This document shows, one piece after another, positions 33,688 through 42,336 of a stretch of 47,964 bases of DNA (position 1 is its first letter; each line of letters starts with the position of its first letter). Made by a program: the position numbers and the translations under genes. The DNA is taken from IMG/VR virus record IMGVR_UViG_3300005573_000016, positions 1-47,964 of that record, one strand, 5' to 3'. A model generated the notes under the pieces. It did no database searches and was not told the origin of the DNA. It was given only the letters and a program-made list of their open reading frames with translations. This DNA is from a virus (Duplodnaviria > Caudoviricetes).

Positions 33688-35436
33688 CTACGTCGAATAC
33701 GGGCACGGGGGCCATGTATAGGCATAGCCTCCAAAGTAGCCCGTACCTCCGGTCTTCGGATTCACGGCGTACTCGGATACTCCTGGCACATAGTTCCCCT
33801 GCGCATCCACAAGGGCCGTCTTGCATCCAGGAAGCCACACGGGGCTATAGGGAGCCGCGCTCGTGGTGCCTGAGCTAGCTTTGTAGTAAGGGCAAGGAGG
33901 CCATGTGTACTGAACGCCATCGAAGAAGCCTGTCCCACCAGTCTCTGGGCTTACTGCGTAGGGGCTGACACCTGACACTTGGTTTCCCTGCGCATCCAAG
34001 AGGATTGTCTGACATGAACTTGTCCACGAAGGCGTATAGGTTGGCTTGGCATAAGGGCAAGGTGGGATGGTCAAGGGCTGTCCGTCCACAGTGATGGTTC
34101 CGCCGTTTTGCGTGGTACTTGAACTCAGGGGCGGAAGCGTTACCTCGGTTCCGTTTAGGCTCACGAGCACCTGGCACTCGGTTGTCCACCCTAAGAAGGA
34201 TAGCGACTGGCTGCTTGTGCTAGTGCCCGAAGAGGAAGAACCCGAAGAGGAAGAAGAGCCAGACGACCCGGTAGAGGTAGACCCTGTGCCCGCCTGTGAG
34301 GCATACGGGCATGGCGGCCAGGTGTACGAATACCCACCGAAGTAGGCCGTTCCACCGGTCTGCGGGCTCACAGCATATGGGCTGACACCGCTCACTGGGT
34401 TTCCCGCGGCGTCCAGAAGGACCGTCTGGCAAGAGGCATTCCAACTTGGCGTGTACGGAGCGCTGGCAGTAGAGGTTGACCCAGACGTACTTCCGGAAGA
34501 AGACGAGGAAGAAGCCGCGTGCACGTACACAAGAGTAGCTCTCGATGCCTTGTTCCCATACGCGTCGGTGACCGTCACGACGACGGAGAACGGGCTTCCC
34601 TGCGCTGTCGTGGGCGTGCCGGACATGAGACCACTGCTGGACATGCTGACGCCTGGCACGGTTCCCTCCATGGTCCAGGTGAAGGGACCGTTCCCGGTAG
34701 CCTGCCACTGGTAGGAGAACGGCTGCCCGACCGTGAGGGTCGGAAGGGACTGCACGGGGATGGCAGGGGCCACCGTGCTGGGCGAGGCCTTGGCGGTGAA
34801 CTGCGTCGTCCGCACGGCCTTATTCCCCTGGCTGTCCTGAACCTCCAGGGTAAGGGTCAGGGTGCCAGCTTTGGTAGGTGTGCCAGAGATGTATCCGCTG
34901 CTAGTCGCGGAGAGCCCGGTGCCACCGAACCCGCTCACGTACCAGGTGTAAGGCGGCACACCCCCGCTTGCCTGGAGCTGGTAGGAGTACGGCTTCCCAA
35001 CCGTGGCGGATCCCATGTCCTGCACCGGCACAGTCAGGGGGGATGCCTGCTGACTTGCTGCCGCGACCGTGAGGGTCAGGGTTGCGCTCACGTGCTGGTC
35101 GGCAGAGTCCTGCACCTCAACCGTGACGCTGAACGTCCCGGAGACAGACGGAGTGCCGCTGACGACGCCGGTAGACGAGTTCACGTGAAGGCCGGAGGGA
35201 AGGCCCTGCACAATCCACGTGTACGGCGGGGTGCCGCCCACGGCAGACAGGGTATAGCTGTAGGGCTGACCCTCCGTGGCCGATCCTAGCGTCGTGGTGG
35301 TAAGCGACAGAGCCGTGGTCGGGGTAGTGGAGATGGGCTGTGCAGGCCGCCGATTCTCCATGTAGAGGAACACCCCTGCCCCGACGAGCACCGCGCCCCC
35401 CACGGCCATCGTGCCGATCGCGTTGCGTGAGGCCAT
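33688..35436 (-). CDS. Membrane-anchored surface protein: three putative Ig-like domains plus four Cys-bracketed repeats
   Basis: N-terminal TM; GQPYSYTL.A.GG.PPYTW...GTP x3; W...CQ...PPCPY x4. Confidence 0.85.
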   Translation of the reverse strand: MASRNAIGTMAVGGAVLVGAGVFLYMENRRPAQPISTTPTTALSLTTTTLGSATEGQPYSYTLSAVGGTPPYTWIVQGLPSGLHVNSSTGVVSGTPSVSGTFSVTVEVQDSADQHVSATLTLTVAAASQQASPLTVPVQDMGSATVGKPYSYQLQASGGVPPYTWYVSGFGGTGLSATSSGYISGTPTKAGTLTLTLEVQDSQGNKAVRTTQFTAKASPSTVAPAIPVQSLPTLTVGQPFSYQWQATGNGPFTWTMEGTVPGVSMSSSGLMSGTPTTAQGSPFSVVVTVTDAYGNKASRATLVYVHAASSSSSSGSTSGSTSTASAPYTPSWNASCQTVLLDAAGNPVSGVSPYAVSPQTGGTAYFGGYSYTWPPCPYASQAGTGSTSTGSSGSSSSSGSSSSGTSTSSQSLSFLGWTTECQVLVSLNGTEVTLPPLSSSTTQNGGTITVDGQPLTIPPCPYAKPTYTPSWTSSCQTILLDAQGNQVSGVSPYAVSPETGGTGFFDGVQYTWPPCPYYKASSGTTSAAPYSPVWLPGCKTALVDAQGNYVPGVSEYAVNPKTGGTGYFGGYAYTWPPCPYST

Positions 35437-35437
35437 G

Positions 35438-35743
35438 TTACCCACCACTCCCGCTTGGGATCTTGCCGCCCTGGGGGACTGCGAAGCATGTGCCCTGCTT
35501 CAGAAGGGCCGTCGAATGCTGCGCCATGTAGGTGAATCCGGGGTTAGCCGACTTGAGGGCCGCGAACGGCACCCCCAGGGCACTTGCGACCTGCTCTCCC
35601 GACATGGCCTTCGGGATGCACCACTTGCCTGGGCTGCCCGAGAACAGCCCACGCGACTTGGCATAGTCGTACAGGATATACCCGCCAAAGCCTGCGGCGG
35701 CCGTGGCTCCGGCCGCGACCAAAAGAGTCTCCCAGTCGTCCAC
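35438..35743 (-). CDS. Membrane-anchored LysM-like protein
   Basis: N-terminal TM; SGEQVASALGVPFAALKSANPG...LKQGTCFAVP. Confidence 0.75.
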   Translation of the reverse strand: MDDWETLLVAAGATAAAGFGGYILYDYAKSRGLFSGSPGKWCIPKAMSGEQVASALGVPFAALKSANPGFTYMAQHSTALLKQGTCFAVPQGGKIPSGSGG

Positions 35744-35787
35744 GAGACCGCCTCCTAGCCGGATCCTCCGGCCTCATGACACGCCCG

Positions 35788-36267
35788 TCACTCGGACTGT
35801 ACGGACCCGCCGCCTCCCGACGAACTGCCGTAGCTATCGGCCACCGCGTGCCCGATGGTGATGGGGCTTGAGACGCCCCCCGCGGTGATCTGCACCCCGA
35901 CCGTGTACAGTTGCCCCGGTGTGACTGGATACTGCACCTTTCCCGCAACCTCGCGCCCGAACAGGAACTCCGGGCTTGAAGTGCTCCCGACAAGGCGTGG
36001 GTAGAGCCTGCCGTTTTGCTTGTCGAGGTAGTAGTGGTACCAGTTGTACGTCGGGGCGAACTTCCCCGTGTAGGGGTCCACCTTTGCCAGAATCGGCGCG
36101 TCATAACGGCTCACGGCAGGCTGAGGGGTCAAGGTAAGGCCCGTGGGAGCAGGGATCGGCGTCGCGGAAGCAGGGCCCTCCGTGAAGTACTTGTAGGCCT
36201 CGTACCCGGCGAATCCAACCACAGCCGCCCCGGCGGCGCCGATGGCAACCTTCTCCCACGTCTGCAT
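35788..36267 (-). CDS. Membrane-anchored FN3-like protein
   Basis: MQTWEKVAIGAAGAAVVGFAGY anchor; PAPTGLTL...VTPGQLYTVGVQ. Confidence 0.7.
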   Translation of the reverse strand: MQTWEKVAIGAAGAAVVGFAGYEAYKYFTEGPASATPIPAPTGLTLTPQPAVSRYDAPILAKVDPYTGKFAPTYNWYHYYLDKQNGRLYPRLVGSTSSPEFLFGREVAGKVQYPVTPGQLYTVGVQITAGGVSSPITIGHAVADSYGSSSGGGGSVQSE

Positions 36268-36278
36268 GCTTGGGCCTC

Positions 36279-36623
36279 CTACTTGGCGGGAGTGTCGCTA
36301 GAGGTCTCGGCAGGGGCTTGGAACTTGAGCGGGATGCCGATCTTGGCCGCGATGCCCCCGACGAGCGTCGCGATGGCGGTGGCCGCCGCGCCATAGAAAA
36401 TCGCGGTCGAGAACATTCCTGCGCTTACCAGGATCGCCACCACGACAACCGGCACCACAACGGCCAGGACGTTGGTCACAAGCCAGTGGCCGACCTTCTC
36501 CATGTCGAACTGGCCGGTGAAGAGGCTGAAGACGATTCCGACCGCGGCATCGAGGGCTGCCGCCAGAACTACCCACCACAGCATGTGCATCATGGCGGGC
36601 GGGAACATGAGGAGCTTAGCCAT
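36279..36623 (-). CDS. Holin-like multi-pass membrane protein
   Basis: Three hydrophobic segments, LD..VG...TGQFD motif, polar tail, next to a muralytic gene. Confidence 0.65.
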   Translation of the reverse strand: MAKLLMFPPAMMHMLWWVVLAAALDAAVGIVFSLFTGQFDMEKVGHWLVTNVLAVVVPVVVVAILVSAGMFSTAIFYGAAATAIATLVGGIAAKIGIPLKFQAPAETSSDTPAK

Positions 36624-36641
36624 TGTGATCGCCTCCTGGGC

Positions 36642-37247
36642 CTACGATACCTCCCTATGCCACAGGCGCCGGACGCTCGTGCCGACCTCCTGGCGAAGCG
36701 GGGGATCGAGCAGCAGGGCCGCCGTTATCCCCGCCGCCAGGACAGAGCCGATGCCCACCACCAGCAGTCCCACCTGGGCGATCGAGCCCCTGGGCGGGAT
36801 GGCAGGAAGCGCAGTCTGCTCCTGAGCCTGCGCGATGGCGCTTTTGGCCGCGGATAGGTACTGCGCATAGGCGCCAGAGGCATAGGTCGACCACGCGCCG
36901 AACCCCTGGCTCTCATAGACCGCGAGGGCCGCGCGTGCCGCGTTGTCGTAGCTCGCCATGAGCCAGCCAGCCTGGGCGCAGGGATCCGAACTTGATACGC
37001 CGCTCAGCTGCTCGATCGTGCCGTGGTTGCACGGAAGGTTGACCTGCCAGGCACCAAAGCTTGTGTAGCCGCGGCAGGCATAGTCCGACGGGCTCACGCC
37101 GCAGAGGGTCGATGGGAGGGATGACACGGGATCGCCGCGGGCCGCATTGTCCCACCCCGACTCCGCACCCGCGATGGCGACCATGACCTCCTGGATGCCC
37201 GGCGGAAACACGATGAGCGCCGCCTGTGCGGCCTCAAGTGCCGACAT
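36642..37247 (-). CDS. Lysozyme-like/lytic transglycosylase with C-terminal TM anchor
   Basis: AIAGAESGW, SFGAWQVN, NAARAALAVYESQGFGAWSTY; C-terminal hydrophobic helix. Confidence 0.85.
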   Translation of the reverse strand: MSALEAAQAALIVFPPGIQEVMVAIAGAESGWDNAARGDPVSSLPSTLCGVSPSDYACRGYTSFGAWQVNLPCNHGTIEQLSGVSSSDPCAQAGWLMASYDNAARAALAVYESQGFGAWSTYASGAYAQYLSAAKSAIAQAQEQTALPAIPPRGSIAQVGLLVVGIGSVLAAGITAALLLDPPLRQEVGTSVRRLWHREVS

Positions 37248-37269
37248 GGCCGCGCCCCCTTCCCTACCC

Positions 37270-38250
37270 TTACAGGCTCGCCAACAGCCCGATCAGCGTG
37301 TTCGCCCGCTCAGCCATGACCTGGGGAGACACGTTTGTAACCGGAAGAAGTAGCCAGAACCCCGCAACCGCGTTCGCCGCAGAGAGCATCATTTCATAGA
37401 GCTGCTGGACGGGGATCGTCGACCCGCCAGGGGCCACGCTCAGGACCGCCCACGGCTCCACGTAAGGGCTCGCCTCGCGGGCCGCAAGGGCGTAGGACTG
37501 CACCATCGCCCCATAGCTCTCCGGGGTCGACTCGGCCACCTGCGCCTGGATGAAGAAGATGTCCGCATACCGGGCGGCTGCCGCCACCTGCCCTGCCTGC
37601 AGGAAGTCCTGGACTGCCTTTGCATAGCTCAGACTGGTGTCGCCCTCGATCGCCTGCATGATGTTGGGGCTCGGAGCAGTTGCGAAGAGGAGCCCCGCCT
37701 GATGGGCCGCGTAGGCAGCATCTTCGCAGTACGCCTGCGGATCCTCCTGCTGGTCCACCGGAGTGTGGGGCCAGGCCTCGTAGTCATAGATCACCATCTT
37801 GACTGCACCCGGAAGAAGCCCGCCCTGGCAGGCAGCGCTCAGGGCCCGCTCGTCCGTGTACACGGTGGCGAAGCTCGCCCCCGACATGGGGCCAAGCGGC
37901 ACGACTGGCTTTACAAGATCTGTAGGGGTCTGGCCGGGAGGGGCCGTCGATTCATCGGTCAGGATGGCGTAGCTGGTGGGCACGCCCATTTTCTGCGCGA
38001 TGATCTCGCTCGACGCCGGTACGCCCTCCAGCCAGTTGAGGGTCGTGGCACCGTACGGAGCGCTGGTCGCGGTAGCGGCTCCCTGGACGCTGTTCACATT
38101 GACCGCGAAGCTTCGCATGGCGTGAAGCTTGCGCTTTGCTGACGTGGCTAGGAGGTAGATCCCCGTGGTCGCCACGGTAGCCCCTGCCGCGACGCCAGCG
38201 GCCAGGATGGCGGTGTGTTCCCTCTTCCACTGGAAGTTTGGCTGTGCCAC
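37270..38250 (-). CDS. Membrane-anchored glycoside-hydrolase-like (TIM-barrel) protein
   Basis: TM near the N-terminus; VIYDYEAW, AHQAGLLFATAP, YADIFFIQAQ; GTG 38250 after GGAGG. Confidence 0.6.
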   Translation of the reverse strand: MAQPNFQWKREHTAILAAGVAAGATVATTGIYLLATSAKRKLHAMRSFAVNVNSVQGAATATSAPYGATTLNWLEGVPASSEIIAQKMGVPTSYAILTDESTAPPGQTPTDLVKPVVPLGPMSGASFATVYTDERALSAACQGGLLPGAVKMVIYDYEAWPHTPVDQQEDPQAYCEDAAYAAHQAGLLFATAPSPNIMQAIEGDTSLSYAKAVQDFLQAGQVAAAARYADIFFIQAQVAESTPESYGAMVQSYALAAREASPYVEPWAVLSVAPGGSTIPVQQLYEMMLSAANAVAGFWLLLPVTNVSPQVMAERANTLIGLLASL

Positions 38251-38263
38251 CGTGACCCCTCCC

Positions 38264-38722
38264 CTAACGGCTGCGGCGGCGGCCGAGATAGTACCCAAGG
38301 GCAAGCGTACCAGCTCCCGCTGCGACAAATGCGGCGTCCATGATCAGCATGTTCCGGTGGACCGCCTGCGGGTTCGCGCTCACGAATACCCAACCCGTGT
38401 ACCCCGACTTGGGGGCGGGCAGGGTCATGGTCTGTCCTGGCGCCAGCGTGCCAAGCACCCCATCGGCCTGCACCTGATAGCTAGCCGGCGGCGATGCTGT
38501 TTTCCCAGAAGGAATCGTGCCCGTCTCCTCCATGCTGATCGCAAGCAAGGCCTCACGGCCCGTGTTCTTCACCGTCACCGCGCACGGCGCGTAGAAGAAC
38601 ACGAGGCCGAACATGGAGCCAGGCATCTGGAGTGGGCATGCAGTGTCGATCCGCAGCGGCCCAAGCTGCACCCCACCCGGCCCGTACGAAGGCGTCTCTG
38701 CCGTACCCCTGAGAAGCGCCAT
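38264..38722 (-). CDS. Beta-rich protein with C-terminal TM anchor
   Basis: ATG 38722 after AGGAGG; ends AAFVAAGAGTLALGYYLGRRRSR. Confidence 0.75.
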   Translation of the reverse strand: MALLRGTAETPSYGPGGVQLGPLRIDTACPLQMPGSMFGLVFFYAPCAVTVKNTGREALLAISMEETGTIPSGKTASPPASYQVQADGVLGTLAPGQTMTLPAPKSGYTGWVFVSANPQAVHRNMLIMDAAFVAAGAGTLALGYYLGRRRSR

Positions 38723-38723
38723 C

Positions 38724-39674
38724 CTAACCCCTCCTCTCGGTGATCGCCTTGGCGATGAAGTAGCCCGCCGTCCCCACCACGGCACCTGCGCCTGCCACTT
38801 CTGCCGCCGTCACCCAGTTGACCGCAGGCCTTGGCGGGGGAGGCGTGTACTGGTGGTTTGGCGTCTTCCCCCCCTTGTAGGGGCTGCTTGGGCCGGTTGG
38901 GGAGACGGGAGGAAGCGTGTTGACATTGTACTGACCTCCATGCCCGATCCCGGACCGGCTGCGGGAATGGGTCGGCTCTTGTGCGATGGAAAGCATCTTG
39001 AGGATGAACGCGGCGGCACTCGGAGCACTCACGAACGCCTGGGACGTGCCGCTTGGGAAGAGCAGGTTAGTCTGGTCGGCGGCCACGTAGACGTAGTGCC
39101 CCATGCTCGTCCCGTGGTGCAGGTCCGCCATGAATGCGTACCCACCAATCGCTCCGGGGTACGAACTTTCTGCGCCTGTCCCCCCGAAGAGGCCTGATTC
39201 CACCACCTCCACCACCGTGACGCTCGTGCTTGGAGCCGTGTAGAACACCCCGTTTTGCGCCGGGCCAAGGTCCCAGCCGCGGGAGAGCGGGTAGTTCTGT
39301 CCAAAGGGGTTCCTGAAGAAGTTATCCGGAACCACAAACTTGGACTCCGCGAGCCACTTGTACCCAAGGTCCGCCGAAAGGGTGGCCCAACCGTCTCTTC
39401 CCTGCTGCGAGAGAGTCCCATCGGTCTGGACCTGCCAGTACCCCGGCCACCCGCACCAGTCCACCCACACGTTCTTGGGGTCTGCAAGGACAAAGGCGGC
39501 AACGGTCCCGGCCTCCCACATTTGTGTCGAAGAAGGCCCCCACGCCTGGCCGTAGGCGTTGATCTTGATGTTCGCGTCAGCATTCTTCAGCAGCTCCGCA
39601 AGGTGGTTGAGGGCGTAACCCGGGATCGGGGACGACTTTGTGCTGGACGAAATCCCCACGATCTCCACGCTCAC
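38724..39674 (-). CDS. Hypothetical protein with Pro-rich linker and C-terminal TM anchor
   Basis: Ends WVTAAEVAGAGAVVGTAGYFIAKAITERRG. Confidence 0.75.
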   Translation of the reverse strand: MSVEIVGISSSTKSSPIPGYALNHLAELLKNADANIKINAYGQAWGPSSTQMWEAGTVAAFVLADPKNVWVDWCGWPGYWQVQTDGTLSQQGRDGWATLSADLGYKWLAESKFVVPDNFFRNPFGQNYPLSRGWDLGPAQNGVFYTAPSTSVTVVEVVESGLFGGTGAESSYPGAIGGYAFMADLHHGTSMGHYVYVAADQTNLLFPSGTSQAFVSAPSAAAFILKMLSIAQEPTHSRSRSGIGHGGQYNVNTLPPVSPTGPSSPYKGGKTPNHQYTPPPPRPAVNWVTAAEVAGAGAVVGTAGYFIAKAITERRG

Positions 39675-40315
39675 GATGCGTTCCCCCCTTCACTCAGCCA
39701 GAGCAGGTAGCTCCAAAGTCCGTCCCCCACTACGCCGTTTTTCGGAAGCCCTGCCCTCGCCTTTTCCTCCAGCACCCTGGAGAGCGTGACCGGACCGTAG
39801 ACCCCATCCCTCTCGCCAACCGGCATGCCAAGCAGCGTCTGCAGGACCCGCACGGCGTCCCCCTCATCCCCATGCGAAAGGCCGGGAAGCCCGCGGGACC
39901 GCTCTAGCCAGTCCTGGTACTCAGGTGCCAACTGCGTGATCGAAGCCACATAGCCGCGTGTCTGCGCAATGTCGGGAACCCTGTTCCCCGCGATCTCAAC
40001 AGCTCCTGGTCCTGCGTTGTACGCGGCCAGGGCGAGTTCCCATGAGTGGAATTGGACCATGAGGTCGTGCATGTAGCGGACGCCTGCGAGGACGTTCTGC
40101 AGCGGGTCGAAGGGGTCGCTCACCCCAAGCCACTTCGCCGTCTCGGGCATGAGCTGCATGAGGCCCTGCGCACCTGCCGGCGACACGGCCCTGGGGTCGC
40201 CGCCGGATTCCTGGTCGATCTGGGCCAGGACCTGGGCGAGAGTCGGCCCGCCCGTGCGCAGGATGCCTGCCTCTGCGCACCATATCCAGCGCACGACCGA
40301 AGGGATCATCGGCAT
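39671..40315 (-). CDS. Endolysin: SLT lytic transglycosylase plus peptidoglycan-binding domain
   Basis: QESGGDPRAVSPAGAQGLMQLMP, ALAAYNAGPG; LSHGDEGDAVRVLQ...DGVYGP...GVVG. Confidence 0.93.
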   Translation of the reverse strand: MPMIPSVVRWIWCAEAGILRTGGPTLAQVLAQIDQESGGDPRAVSPAGAQGLMQLMPETAKWLGVSDPFDPLQNVLAGVRYMHDLMVQFHSWELALAAYNAGPGAVEIAGNRVPDIAQTRGYVASITQLAPEYQDWLERSRGLPGLSHGDEGDAVRVLQTLLGMPVGERDGVYGPVTLSRVLEEKARAGLPKNGVVGDGLWSYLLWLSEGGNAS

Positions 40316-40321
40316 GAACTC

Positions 40322-40540
40322 TCACCCCGCATGATGGGTCAGGATCGCCACGAGGATGCCGATGAGGCCGATCACCACGGTCGCGGCCAGGCCGAGAAGG
40401 GTGCCGTAGATCCGGTCCAGCCGGCCCTGCAAGTCCATCCAGGAGCCCTCCAAACGCTGCGTGCGACCCTTCAGTTCCGTGACCTCAAACCGCAGGTCAG
40501 CAATGGCCGACATGATCGACTCGATGTCCCGCTCTGACAC
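40322..40540 (-). CDS. Small coiled-coil protein with C-terminal TM (lysis-associated)
   Basis: Heptad N-terminus then GTLLGLAATVVIGLIGILVAIL; directly upstream of the endolysin. Confidence 0.75.
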   Translation of the reverse strand: MSERDIESIMSAIADLRFEVTELKGRTQRLEGSWMDLQGRLDRIYGTLLGLAATVVIGLIGILVAILTHHAG

Positions 40541-40606
40541 GCCGCGACCCCCCCGGTGCTCTACAAACAGGGTAGAGCCTCGGAGGGGCCGGTCGCGGTG
40601 CTCGGG

Positions 40607-41008
40607 TCACTCGGGACGGACGGAAACCTCAACTTCGACGCGCGGGTGTTCGCGGTCCACGGAGTAGTCCATCGCCCTTGGAAGCACCGCTGAGTCGTCG
40701 ACGTACAGGATGCCCTCAAGCGAATCGAGTAGGACCTTGAGCAGGTTTCCAGCGTCCCGCCGGCGGCGGTCCGGCCAGAAGACCCAGTACCGTAGGTCGA
40801 CCTTCCGGCCAGGTTTCGGCACTCGCCATCGCACCTTGGCCCGCCACTCGGTAGCTAGCCAGCCCGCTGTTTCCTGGTACGCCCGTGTCCTCTCCGTGCG
40901 GACCCTGGCTACTGCCAGGTGCCCATGCGAGTGTCTGACTCTGGAGACGTAGGCGTGGTTGTCGGGCGGCGGAAGTGGCAGCACAAGTCTAGGGGATTCG
41001 GTCGACAT
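40607..41008 (-). CDS. rusA: RusA-like Holliday junction resolvase
   Basis: LPLPPPDN, PDRRRRDAGNLLKVLLDSLEGILYVDDS, PRVEVEV. Confidence 0.9.
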   Translation of the reverse strand: MSTESPRLVLPLPPPDNHAYVSRVRHSHGHLAVARVRTERTRAYQETAGWLATEWRAKVRWRVPKPGRKVDLRYWVFWPDRRRRDAGNLLKVLLDSLEGILYVDDSAVLPRAMDYSVDREHPRVEVEVSVRPE

Positions 41009-41270
41009 GTCCCCTCACCCCCGCGCGAAAGGCCTCCACGAGCGTAAACATCTCTGGCTCAGTCTGGCATTCGGACAATAGGTACAGGGCCTCATGCGTG
41101 GGGATGACAAGCCGCACAAGCGACCCGGCAAGGGCAACCCGCACCCTCTGTGGCGCCGACTGCTGTGCCCAACGGTACAGGGCTACCCACTCCGGGAACT
41201 GGAGAGGTACCGAGATATAGGCAGCCACGTCAGGCCGGTTTGCCACCGTGCAAAACCCCTTCCGAACCAT
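40989..41270 (-). CDS. Hypothetical protein (MVRKGFCTVA...)
   Basis: 3' part of ORF 40989-41579 lying outside the periodic array; start uncertain. Confidence 0.5.
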   Translation of the reverse strand: MVRKGFCTVANRPDVAAYISVPLQFPEWVALYRWAQQSAPQRVRVALAGSLVRLVIPTHEALYLLSECQTEPEMFTLVEAFRAGVRGHVDRIP

Positions 41271-41287
41271 CCGGCGGTATGATGCAC

Positions 41288-42328
41288 CCTGACTGCTCCG
41301 ACGCAAAGCACGACCGGTCAATACTATTCCGTTGCCTAGCCAGGCACCTCGGGGCAGCGCCGAACTACGCCAAATCAAGACTTTTCTCCGCACATCCAAC
41401 GCGGTGCCACACGAACGCCACGATACCCTACCAATCCATCGCCTAGCCTCACGCCGCGCTTCCCTGCCTAAGCATGACGTGTCTCCGCTGTACTGCCACA
41501 ACACGGCGCCTGGCCCATCCCTCGCATCGCCTGTTCTCGCGTCACCCTTCACCGCCGCTACTGTACGCGTACGCGACAATACAACTCCGTCACTGCATTG
41601 GTCGTCGCCCTTCCCTCGCCGATCCCCGACCCTACATCACCTGTCCTCGCTTTACCCTTCTTCGCCGCGACTGTACGCGACTTTACAACTCCGTAGCAGC
41701 ACCTTGCCCATCGATTCCGTCACTAAACACCGCACCGCCCGTCCTTCGCCTAGATTGCACGGCACGCATCTGTTCCTCCGCAGTTCGTTCCCCTACCAGG
41801 CCAGTTCATCGCTGTACCCGACATAGCGTTCCCTCTCCGTCGCCTTACGTGACAGAACAAATCCACCACGTAACACCGCGTTGCGCAGCATTTCCTCCAC
41901 TCGACAGCCACGAACGGCGCTCCACCGTTACCTCTCCCCACCGAACGTCGCTCCGCTCATCTTTGCCCTCACAACACGCCGCACCACCAGTCCCCGCCTA
42001 AGCAACCCAATACCCCCACCACCAGACGATGCTTTGCTTCTCCCTTGCGCCGCACAACTTTGCCAGTGCGCTACCTAGCTTAGCCGTTCCGCTCCCGCTC
42101 ATCGCTCATCATGTCCCTCACGTCACGTCTCAGTGCTCTGCCGTTTCCGGTCTGGTCCGGGCCTTTCCGTGTCGGTTCAAAGCAGCACGCTCCCGCTGCT
42201 CCGCTACGCAGGTCCGCTCAATACCCAACACTTCCGCTCCCTTGCTCGTCAGTGCTCTTCCGTTTCCGGTCTGGACTGTCCATCTCCGTCACTTCGTCGG
42301 ACATCTCGTCTCCGTCACAGTACTTATC
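41288..42328 (-). ncRNA. 5-nt-periodic array, mostly (GNNNN)5G 26-nt blocks; candidate guide-RNA array
   Basis: C at every fifth plus-strand base, traced across the whole interval with few exceptions and +1 phase slips at CC; begins about 10 nt after the RAMP-like stop. RNA status is inferred. Confidence 0.75.
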
Positions 42329-42336
42329 CTGCTGTT

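Noticed and set aside
33688-35436. Diversity-generating retroelement acting on the C-terminal repeats
   Set aside because: No reverse transcriptase in the genome; the repeats are all in-frame protein repeats with no non-coding template copy.
41288-42328. CRISPR array next to the Cas7-like gene
   Set aside because: No conserved direct repeat alternating with spacers; conservation is limited to single periodic bases; no cas1, cas2, cas5 or cas6 seen.
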